Shown here piece after piece: positions 25,013 to 36,100 of a stretch of DNA of 64,000 nt. The notes beneath the pieces were generated by a model. The model was given only the letters and a program-made list of their open reading frames with translations. It was not told where the DNA came from and made no database searches. Every line of letters starts with the position of its first letter. Within the stretch, counting starts at the first letter, position 1. The stretch comes from Balanoglossus misakiensis (lineage: Eukaryota > Animalia > Hemichordata). The stretch covers positions 5,134,301 through 5,198,300 of the forward strand of contig CM082577.2 of assembly GCA_040954595.2 (NCBI GenBank), written 5' to 3'. The position numbers and the translations under genes are program-made.

Positions 25013-26224
25013 CCAATCCTGCCAGGCCCTGTAAATTCATGATTGGACTTTATAAGCTATGTCACTAACTTTTAAATTTTTTTTTGTAGCTTTTTTATTT
25101 TTTTTATTTTCTTCCTTCTTCCAGTTTGTGAACTGAAAGTAATCCACACAATGAAGAGAAAAAAATAACACTGAATCTCAACGATAAATTCATAATTTAT
25201 GAAATAAACGCTACCGTCTGCTGATACCTGTGCATTCAAAACCACAAGCTGCGATGCCAGTTGATGTTCAAACTTTTACCATCAACTATCATGCTTGCAG
25301 CGATGGGCAGAACTACCTTAAGACACTGCTTCGAAATATGAAATTTGTAATAATAATATTGGAAATAATGGCCTTTTTACAGGAAAACATTCAATTGCAA
25401 CTCAATGATTAATATTTGTTACTCAATTTACACAGTGTATAATATATACTGTATTTACAAATCTTGCACAAATTAAAAATAATTCATTGTGTAGATAATT
25501 CAGTCTTTCCCGATTATCGTTTCTGTTTTTGCATAAAATGTATTCTTAATGTATTTTATTTCTTTAGGCGATGCATCCTCCAGAAATATTTCTCTAAGTG
25601 TAGGTTTTGATGAACAAACTAGGCAAACAGCCACAGAGTAACTGAATTATTGTAAACTTTCAAATCAGGTGCTCTCTGATACATTTGAAAAAAAAAAATC
25701 AGCGTTGACTGAATTTTTCAAATCAACAAATTCCCATTTTTTGTTCCCCGCTTGTGGCCTGACTCAATGAGGCAGGAAATGATTTCAATGGAAATCTGGA
25801 GTCGCAGACGAGTTAAGATTTGGCACGACAAGATGCTAGAATCCACTCACAAAATTAACAATATAACCGGATAATATATGCCAATGTAAATGGTAAAAAA
25901 GTACGGAATTACTGGGAAAAAAGATCACATCGTCTGCATTTGCTGCTGCGAAAATACAGAACTTTTCAAATTCATGTGAGGGTTTGTTTTCTTATTCCTA
26001 TTAATTTGCTGTGAATTTTTACTTGCGGATAATTTTCAAGTATTTATTTTTCTTTTCTGATTAAAGTTCTTGCTTTAGAGTTGTTGTCCGTACAGCACTT
26101 CACCCTGTTAAGTTATTGTCCACGACGGCAGAGAAAAAAATTCTCTCTGAAATGACGCCTATCGTCATCTTGCTTTGCTCTTTGCATAGCTGTCTCTGCT
26201 GAAAACAGTCCACTTGCTGATCGA

Positions 26225-26675
26225 TCATGTCTGAATCCGTTTGTAGAACAGCAGATACGGCGTGCAGGTGGAGGTGGTGCCCGGCGACATCTGCTGAAAG
26301 AACTTCTCGTCCGTCATCTCGCAGACCTTCTCGTCGTCGAACTGGTACCACACCTCGTCCTGGTGGTGCCCGTTGGCCATGCCGCCGTTCTGGTGGTGCG
26401 GGGCGCTTCCGTTGGCGTTCACTCCGTTCTGCTGCCCGTTCTCCGCTCTCCCGTTGGAGTGATTGGCGGCCGCCGGAATCTCCTTCCTCGGCAGCCGGAT
26501 GTACGTCATGTAATGTCCACTGGAGCTGGATACGCCGCTGTGCATCACCACGGCAAACAGCTGGTATTTCTGGCCGCTCTGTTTACACGTCTTGGTGCAC
26601 CACTGTTCCAAAGCCAGTTCGGTCGGCGTAGCGATCGGATTGTTTACTTTCGACACTGTACCATTCGGATAGTAT
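26225..26675 (-). CDS. USP1: USP1 last coding exon (His box, WYQFDD, TPYLLFY)
   Basis: Reads YQLFAVVMHSGVSSSSGHY...WYQFDDEKV...TPYLLFYKRIQT*. Poly-C tract plus tatag acceptor. Confidence 0.95.
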
Positions 26676-26817
26676 CTATAGGGGGGGGGGGGGGAACAGA
26701 AATAAAAATAATGTAAAAACACAAGAACAGGTACAGTTTTCAGAACTTATGCACTGGAGACGGCAGTATAAAAATCTCACACAGACACACTAAAACAGAC
26801 AGAGAGAGAAAACTTAC

Positions 26818-27013
26818 CCATTGGAGGTGGCAGTAAATCTTTTCAAATGAACTGTAAAGACCTGAGGTAGCTTCTCAAAGTGGAGTGTCCTCTCGGCTTC
26901 TGTGTGCCTCAGACAAGACTCACAGTAATACTTGTTGTCATCCGTAAGTCTCTCCTTGCAAGCAAACTCTGATATTGCCCAACTTAATGACAAATTCGAC
27001 GGCCTGGGAGAAC
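26818..27013 (-). CDS. USP1: USP1 coding exon 5 (fingers Zn-binding CxxC)
   Basis: Reads SLSWAISEFACKERLTDDNKYYCESCLRHTEAERTLHFEKLPQVFTVHLKRF. accag/gtaagt borders, phase 1-2. Confidence 0.93.
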
Positions 27014-27279
27014 CTGGTGGGAAAGATAAATATGATAGTGTAAGCAGAAATCTACAATTCCAGTGGAAGATATGTGTCTCTAAATGAGTCTAATGTACAT
27101 TTGCATCTCTATCACAGACAAGCATATTTATAGCGACAATATTCGGTAATTTTTACTTGGTCTGTTACATGTGGAACACCGCATGTAGCAATCCAGGCAT
27201 TGTGGTCCTGGGGGGGGGGGGGGGGGGGGTTCAACTGTCAAGCTTTCTGCACGACTGATACAAATTTCAGTGAACGTAC

Positions 27280-28295
27280 CTTCATCGTCATCATCATCAT
27301 TATTGCCATTGTCACTCTGGACAGGTACGCTGATATCCTGGAAGGCCTCCTGCCTCTCCGTGAAGCACTCGCATTCCAGGCAGCGGGTGCGCAGAACCAG
27401 CGACCCTTGGAACAGGTCGTCCACAATGTCCGTTAGCGGCACTCCGCTCTCGCACTCCGCCTCGCAGTTGGCGCACTCCGTGTTCTCCGACTCGCTCGTC
27501 TTGGAGGTTTCCACAGAAACCAGCGACTCCACCTCGGACAGCGAGCAACTGCTGCTGCGCGACCTGTTCCGATTGAAGTGGAGTTTATTCACGTCCTGCA
27601 GCGACACTTCGCCGTTGGCGAGAAGCGCCTGTCCCTTTTCGGCCGGCGGTTCGTCTTCGTCCGTGGTCTGGCACTCGGCGTGCCTGACCACCCTGCTGCT
27701 GCCGCCGGCCGTTGGCACCACGTCGCCGTTGGTCAGCTTTTCGCCGTTCACGGTGATCTCCATGGTGGACTCCACGTTGTTGAGAACGACGCCGTCGCCC
27801 TTTTTGCTGGACCTCCTGAAGAGGGCCTGCTTGATTCGCCCCAGGCCCAGTCGCTTCTTCTTCTTGATGGACTTGATGGTGTTGGTCGGCGAGCTGGCGC
27901 TGCTGCTGTAGGAGATGGTGTCGCCGTCGTTGCTGTTGTCCTTCTTGGACTTGGACTTGGATTTCTTCTTCTGCTTCTTGCTCTTCTTGTCGGAGGAGCG
28001 TTTCAGCGAGTTCTCCTTGCCCTCCCCGTTGACGGAGGTGCTGCAGGAGGACACCGACTCGGTGCCGTTGCAGTATCCGTTCTGCTCGGCGCTGTCTCCG
28101 CTCCCGTCCTCGTTCACCGTCTCCAGTCGATTGCCGTTGTATCCGTTGAGGGGCAGCTGTTTGCTCTTCTTGCCGTCTTCTTGCACTTTGAATTTCAGCA
28201 GCTGTTGGCTGGCGTCTTGGACATGGCTGAGGAGACAGCGAAGTAACTCCTGTGCGTCGTGCTGCATGTAGCCTTGAAACATAGGGTTCAAATCC
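27280..28295 (-). CDS. USP1: USP1 coding exon 4 (QHDAQE, long K/S-rich insert, CLECE...FQDISVPV)
   Basis: RDLNPMFQGYMQHDAQELL and LVLRTRCLECECFTERQEAFQDISVPV are USP1-type segments. ctcag/gtacgt borders. Confidence 0.95.
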
Positions 28296-28551
28296 CTGAG
28301 GGGGAGGGAAACAAGGAAACTAGACTCAGTATACATATTTAGAGGTTATAAACGGCTAGCGAGGGTATTTGGTTGCAGGTATAAGACCTCTCAGGTGGAA
28401 AGTAGCATATTTGGCAGGAAATTATAGGAATACTTGACATACAAGATCATCGGTGACTTCTGAGTTCATAATACATCAAAGATCAAGAAATAACAGCTGG
28501 CAGCCATCAAAAACAACTGTGTCTCAGCAAAATCATGCAACCAGTGTTTAC

Positions 28552-28652
28552 CTGAGCGTTTCAAGCAAGTCTTGAGGCCTGACAGCGACATCTTGATCCA
28601 CTTCCGGTTTGACGATGTACGCATCTTCATATTTCATCATGGAATCCAGCAA
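28552..28652 (-). CDS. USP1: USP1 coding exon 3
   Basis: Reads LLDSMMKYEDAYIVKPEVDQDVAVRPQDLLETLR. cgtag/gtaaac borders; phase 0-2 fits the neighbours. Confidence 0.85.
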
Positions 28653-28798
28653 CTACGTGAGAGAAGTGAACAAGGTAAAAGTCCTGTCCATCATAAAAAC
28701 AAAAGTATCTAAACCATGACTGATTGAGGGCGCCCTTCACACAGTGCATTGTACCTGATGGTCATGACAGTGTTGATTCTATCACACAAATCACCTAC

Positions 28799-29093
28799 CT
28801 CTTTCGTTCTCTTCACCAGATGGAAATGAGCCGGCAGGTCTTTGGCGTTTGACTCGGACTTGTCATTATCCTGCAACTTCTCGTCGCATTTGATGTAGTA
28901 CTTGTCGATGTCGCTGCCCAGGTCAATTATGCCGGGGCTGAACTCGGGGCAATACCTCAGCGCTTGCAGTACACTGTTCAAGTAACATGTATTGCCCAGG
29001 TTGTAGAGGCCTGTCAGTGGAGGAACGTACTCTTTACTCCGATCGCCGTTCTCCTCTGTGTTGATGATTTTACTGTCATCTTCTGATCTGCCA
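28799..29093 (-). CDS. USP1: USP1 coding exon 2 (Cys box)
   Basis: Contains GLYNLGNTCYLNSVLQALRYCP. ttcag/gtaggt borders. Confidence 0.95.
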
Positions 29094-32000
29094 CTGAAAG
29101 AGTGCAAAGCAAGATTTTTATTATAAGTTTAAATGTACCCGTACAAATTTGTTTCACCACATGAAAAAAACGATGCTCTTTGCCAACAACAATCTGGCAG
29201 TTTTTTTTATCCAGTGTGGGATCATCAAGGGGGATAGTCCCCCTTTGAATATATGTTGGTGGGGGGATACCATTACTGGCAAGGAGAGATTTCTGTATTC
29301 CGAAGTGATATCTGTAGATGCCATTTCCTACAGTATATACCGTAGATGGTAATAGAAATTTGACATCATGCAAGGGTTCTTGGAACATTACAAATATATT
29401 AGTTTTTTACAACCACTGAGTTTCATTTCTCTTTTACCAATTTCACGTGCTGGAGGACCTGACATGCTAGATGCAAGCAGACTGCCTAAGAATAGTGCTT
29501 GGCATTTGTGTGTGTAAAAAAATCTGGTGAATGACAGTTTTATCTGTACCATAAAACCGTTATCACCACAAGTTTTGGTAACATGCCCCATTGCCTGCAA
29601 CCGTTGTTGAACTCATATGCAGGTGACAGAGGTGTGAAACGGATTAAAAGTCGAAAATATGACATTTTATTATTTTTATCTTTATAGAACATGCGATATC
29701 CGAGTACAGGTCATGAAAAATGCAGCGATGCTTTATCACGTGACGAAAAGTGTTACAATGATAAAACTATTACCATACGTCAAAAATTACATGTAATGAG
29801 GTTGGTTCTATAATACACTTCTATTATACAGGGCTTAGGTGTTATATATTACAACCACTTCACAGGCCCCGGCCACTTCACCAACAATGCAGCAGACAAG
29901 GTTCAGATGAACTAAGACTAAAAATAGCATGACTTGTTTACACTGTGTTAAGGTGAAATTTACAGTAGTCCAGGGGTTTGAAAATCAATGTTGACCAAGC
30001 TGCTTAAAATTCACTGAACCGTATCTCAAAGAACTTTGTCACAAATAAAAGAAAAAGTTCTTCACTGCATGTACAAATAGAATGATATTGGATCTCTTTG
30101 TAGGATTCGACAACCGTTTTTTTGACCCAGTTCTATCACTAATCAGCAAAAAATAAAAATTCTACCTGAAACTGCAGTTGTCAGATATAAACTGACCTTG
30201 TTTCATTATGGCTATGGTATGTGATTAGGTTAAGATAGCAGACCCTCGAAAAATCAAATTATTTCTTATGTTTTCCTTAAGGCAACTTTAGATTATTCTC
30301 TCTCCAAGTCAAATAAATAGCATTACGAATGCTTCAGCTAGAGGCACAACTCAGGTACATTATATCACATTCATTACCATATGAAGAACTGAATTCTTAC
30401 TTCGTGGACACAATAGCTGTTATCTCAAAACATTCCAGTCCTCACACTTGAAAACAAAAAAAAAAAGGTTGGCCGGACCCGACTGCTTGACCAACCTTGT
30501 CCTCTGTGAGAGAAATCTACCTGACAACCATTTCTTATTTTTCTAATTCAGGCTTCTCGATTAGAATGCTAGAGTGGTGAGAAAACTCCTACTTGTAAAC
30601 CATCACGAGCATGTTGACAATCAGATATATTTTTCTCGCATTGTTCAGGCATTATGAAGCGCCCCTTTTCATTTTCAATACAGGCTGCATAGCACTGGCA
30701 TTTACACACAATTTTTTATGAGTGCGTGTAGGTGTGTACATAACTTCCGCGCCCCATACCCTCAACACACCACACACAGTAGGCCTTATTGAAAGCTCTC
30801 AGTATTGTCCCGCCGCAAAAGAACGCATTCTTCCCTTTGTTGCGACGGACAGTGGGACTAAATATACTTCAGTTGAAATGGCTTCTTTTTGTTCGGGATG
30901 ACAGGTTGATGGCGCAGCCTGAAATCTCGGACAGAGAGTGCTTTTCTCCGTGCGTGGGACGAGTAGGTTCGGAATGAGGTTTTAATCACAGGCTGCTATG
31001 CCTTTCACTACATGTACACCCCCCCCCCAAGTCTTACCACTGAAAGTCAATCCCATATGCCTTGCCGACCGAAGTCACTGACCTTTCCATTGTGGTATGG
31101 GTGGAAACCATCCACATAGAATTTTCATTGACAAGGAGGGGCTGTTTAGTTACAGTACAGTATAGGATAGAAATTGTGAGTCTGTTTGGAGAGGTTTGTG
31201 GTTGCACTAAACTTTTCACAGAAATTAATAATTAATACTGTCAGGGTCGGTTGATGAGAAAGGGAAAGTGATTTTGTCGGGTCGATATATAAAAGGAGGC
31301 GCTGTGCTGAAGTTATTGATTTGTCAGCGACAAAAGGCAGTCCATGTTTAATCGATGAATGTCATGTTGTCTTTGTGGATCAGAAATCCTCTTTCTGCTG
31401 ATAATCCTTCCTGCTCAATACTCCCACACTGAGTCCCTTCATCAATTTTGCACAAACAGTCGGGTGATACTTACTTGTCCCGATTTCATATACCCGATTC
31501 GACATCTTGCCTCAAAGTCATTTTATATTCAACATTTCCGAATTCAAGCAACACAACCAGACAATTCCCTTCTTTCCCACTGCACATTAGTCAATGAATC
31601 ATTTCCCCCATTTCAATAATTACAGGGTGTTATGGCAGGTGTCACTGTTAAGTAAATCCTGAATTATTTTTAAGGACACCTTTCGGGAACAGGTCACTTT
31701 TCTATTCATAGCGTAACATTTGTCCGGAAAAATCTGTCCTTGCTAGAAAGGTGTCTTGATTACTAGAAAGCTGTAATTCGAGATCTTAAATATTCAGAGA
31801 TAACTTTTACGTCATTCAACGGACATGCAGGTACCAACGTTGTTTTTATAGCAGACACATTAACCGCCCAACAAGACCAATTTTGCTCCCTCACATGACA
31901 ACATGAACCCTGATAACCTACACGTTTCATAACAAATAATCTCACAAGGCCATGACGTGATCAAAACGTCTACAGCTACGATGAGATATTGAGATACTAA

Positions 32001-32967
32001 AATCATTTTTTTCCATGGGAGACTATGTTGGGTTGGAGTTATTTGTACTACGCAGTGTCTGCGCAACCCAAATCCGGATGTTGACATGCCCTACCTTTTA
32101 CCCTTTCCAAACAACTGGATACACATACGTACAATTCATATTCATTCTTTTTTCTCCCAAATGTACACAAAAATTTCAGTTTGGCCACGTGGGGGTTCAC
32201 CAAAATAGCAGAGAGCATGTAACCTCGTACCTGTTGGTACCGTACACATGTATATCCCAGCTGGGAGCTCTACAGACGGTTTATGATCTCCAATTCACCA
32301 ATGCTACTTGAGAATTACTTTATTTCAGAGGAAACACACTAGACTCTACGTGGCAGCTAAGAGGCTTGAAACTTTTCTGTGCGGCAGTTCAAATTCTAAA
32401 TTCTCCAAAGACACTTGTGTAATGCCATAACACTGTGCCACAGATTCTAACCTGAGTTTTACTATTTCAATATCACAATATTAGCTTTGCCTGTCGCTTT
32501 GTCGGGTGAAATATTAATTAGGTATCCGAAACAGAATGTTGGAATACAGCAAGTTTGAGTTACTAATCTACAGAAAAAGACTCTGTAACATTTACAGAAT
32601 ATATGACTTTTGCAGATACATTTTTTCTTTCTCCAAATACAAGTGTGATACAACCATTGCTTAACCACTCTGGTATTTTGTATACTTGTCACTTGAACAC
32701 AGGTTCCGGGTCAATGAACTCCGGCTGTACTGTATAAATATCACAATGTCACAGGGGTCAAAGTGTAAAGGTCATCAACAGGTTACACTTGTTACAGATA
32801 CATGTTCTTTAATATTAGACCAGCAGGTTCCAACTGCATATGTCATCAACCTGAACACAACAAGTATATAAATTACACTTTCTTTTTAAGGAAAATCCTT
32901 GACTCCTGACATGATATGTACCAGGTATTTTTGAACAAAACAACCGTAATGTACATTAATTACTTAC

Positions 32968-33128
32968 TCGAGATTCTCTTTCGACGCCGACTTTTTGAAC
33001 ATCGGCGTGATCTTCTGCTGCGAAGGCATGGTGGACTTTGTCTCCTTTCTTCGTGATTTTAATGATAGTTTGGGTCTTTTCTTGGGTGGGCTCTCAGTCT
33101 TATGATCACCAGAAACACATTCGGACAT
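32968..33128 (-). CDS. USP1: USP1 coding exon 1 (start codon, basic NLS-like segment)
   Basis: MSECVSGDHKTESPPKKRPKLSLKSRRKETK resembles vertebrate USP1 SPSKKNRLSLK..KKETK. Acceptor 3 nt before the ATG; gtaagt donor, phase 2. Confidence 0.85.
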
Positions 33129-36100
33129 TTTCTGGGGAAAACAACACGAAATTATAAACATTATCAGTACATGATATTTACACCATATTAATTTCACTAT
33201 TCTGAGAATGAATATAAATAAATTCTGAAAAGCGACACTCATAAAATTCTTGTAGTGGTTATTTGTGTACAAGCATCCCAGTTTTGACTTAAAATGAGAG
33301 AAAATTTACATCTGAATTTTAACATTCTGATGTCAATAATATACCGTCCCACCAAAGTACATCACCAAGCCATGGTTACATTACAGACAGTGGGAAGGTT
33401 TTTGTGGGGATTCTCAGGGCCAAAGCAGCAAGAGTTCAACTGACATGGACAGCTGCTGTTCCATTCGCCCTTCACTTATACTGCAGCACTACCCTTAATT
33501 GGCCAACACTCTCCCTTCTACATTTGAATTCAGTGTCACCGCATTCACACTGTAAAAGCTGCCAGCCATCTATCACTGAAGCTGACAGCCCAAGTAAATA
33601 ACCAGTCACCTTGACAGGGCAGCAGTCACTTAGCATTAAGGACAACCGCGTCAATTACAGAGCCCTACATGCATCTTTGCTTACTTTCAAAGTCGTATCA
33701 GATAAAAATATGACTCATTTTAGAAATATTTATTTGAGTTGATAACTAATTGATATTGTTTTGCCTAGGTTCATGTAACATACTGACTCATTGGTTGTAA
33801 CAGCTCAACACATGATGTGTGTGTTGTATTAAATGTATAGGTTTGGCAACTGCCAGTGACATTTACATGTACTACCACCCACCAGTCATGGCTAGGGTTA
33901 GGGTACGTGTGATGTGGGGTGGGGCTGGGGTGTGTTAATGTCGTGTCAAGGAGGTGGTAAATGTCCTAGGGCCAATGTATCATTGTATGACACTGAAAGA
34001 CAGACAGTGGGACATACATGTTGTACACACACACATTCACGCATACGTACGTATGTAGACATCCCAGACTATAAGAACGGCTACATGTGATTTGAAAATT
34101 TACAATGGTGCCATAGCCACAGGTTTTACAGTACTGTATACTAGTCACATCAACAACACTTTCTTGCTTGTCAGATTAATTTGAATGTGACCATGACCTT
34201 CCTTGCTATTCTGATGCTTCACCTACGTGTTCATTGTCATGTACATGGTCACGTTATCACTTCAGGAAGTTCAGTCGCGCAAACAAATTGTTTCTCCCCA
34301 CACACACATGCACACACACACATTGACAGTTGTAACACATTTTTCAATACCATCTACATTCATTACCACTGCCAATAACAATTGCCGAGTTCAGCACAGC
34401 AAAGTGTCTTGTCTTTATTACTTGATAAATTCACATAATACGCTTAAGTAAATTAATTGCAAAACACCCAAAGGAAATCAAGGTACGTGAAAAATGGCCC
34501 ATCATAGCCTGCAGCTACATACACATCTAAATATAGTTTTCCTCACTACATGCACTAAACCAAACACACAGTCTTTGATTAGGAAACCCTTTTTTGTTTG
34601 TTTTTATCCTGGTTTGACATTTGACACATGATTCACTGAAACCAGGAAAAGTTCAGGTTTCCTTATTCCGGGACGTACGTGAAAGGTTGACAGATGTGCG
34701 AAACCAGGAATTTAGTCTCTGAAGAGTTTCTGTAGAGCAAGGAAGCAGAAATCGGGCAGATTACATAAGTTGGAACAGATACAGAAACGGAGACCAGAAG
34801 AACAGGCTAAATACAATATTTGGTCTATTTAAAGAGCAGCCTCATGCTCGCTTTCCAGCTGTGCTTTTCAACAAAAGTTTGCTTCCTCGTTCAAATTCAC
34901 CCTCACTGGTAAATCCCACTGCTTTTGCGATTCCGCATGAATGGGACTCCCGAGACGGGATGTCAACATCACCGCCAGACAGTTTATCCTTGGAGTGTCT
35001 GTCAACCCTGTTTGCCTTTGCCGGGGTTCAGCCTGCTGCAGCACACAACTTACATACTTCATGTAAATAATAACTGCGGATTGCAAAATAGGCACAACAC
35101 TGATAGCCTGAACAGATAGTGAGATTGACTAATGACACCATCTCGCAGCTTGTTAACCCGAAAGGTGATGGCCTCTGGTTCTGTCACAGCACAAACCGTA
35201 CGTGATGGCATGTGTTTGCCCCCATTGGCCATTCTTGCATGTCCCATACAACACAATTTCTTTCTCTTGTACATTTCACAGTCGTGTTATGCACAAAAAT
35301 CATTCTGCTTTTTCTACCCATGACCTGGAGAGGGTGAGCAAATCTCAGGACCAGTAACAAGGAAAATTCATTGGTGGACACTGTCCTATTCTGGTAGTTC
35401 TCAAGACCAGCGCCAACTTGTAAATCTATTGGTCCTGTAATTGTTTCTAGTGATCCACCAGTACCAAGGGAAATCTTGGTCCTAAAACTATTTCTAGTGG
35501 TACAAGCTAGTAGCCTCATTCATAGGAATACTCGTACTTCTATTGTAGTTTTCCACACATGGTTTTGTTTGTACATATACATGCATTGTGGTACGTTCGA
35601 GTTCCATGCTTCACCTACATTGTATTGATTTCATATTCTTTACTAGAAGCAGGTAAGAGGAGAATCTCCACGCGACCCGAAAAAAGACCCACAGAGAGCA
35701 ATAGAAACACACCACACCAATTTATTCACAAGATAATGCACTGCGCCAAAAAAGCCAAACCCCCCTAAAGGTGTTTATCTGACTCTCTCTGTGGCCATGT
35801 CAGCAACAATGCAATGGCAGTGACTCGCAAGGGGCAAGTTCACTGAGGTCACTCTACTCCATTAGTTGGACACACTCCGTGAACACCAACTGACCTGTAT
35901 TCAACTTCTCAATGCTTCTTTTTTCTCAATGCCAAAAGCTGCAAAAATCAAGCACTGACCGGTGACTACTTCTTGGACTTATAAAAAAAATAGCAGGTGC
36001 TCACTGGCGCATGGGGAACCTTTCTTTTATTGTGTGTGGACAGAAAGCAATTTTTCATGTTCCGATTGATGATCTGGGTCTGACCGACTGAGAAATTCTC

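Noticed and set aside
26227-28271. Plus-strand ORFs of 117-222 aa overlapping USP1
   Set aside because: Antisense shadows of GC3-rich exons with no recognisable domain.
33893-33930. Interstitial telomere repeat or G-quadruplex
   Set aside because: Only about two TTAGGG-like units. G-runs and poly-G tracts are common throughout the window, so this one is not distinctive.
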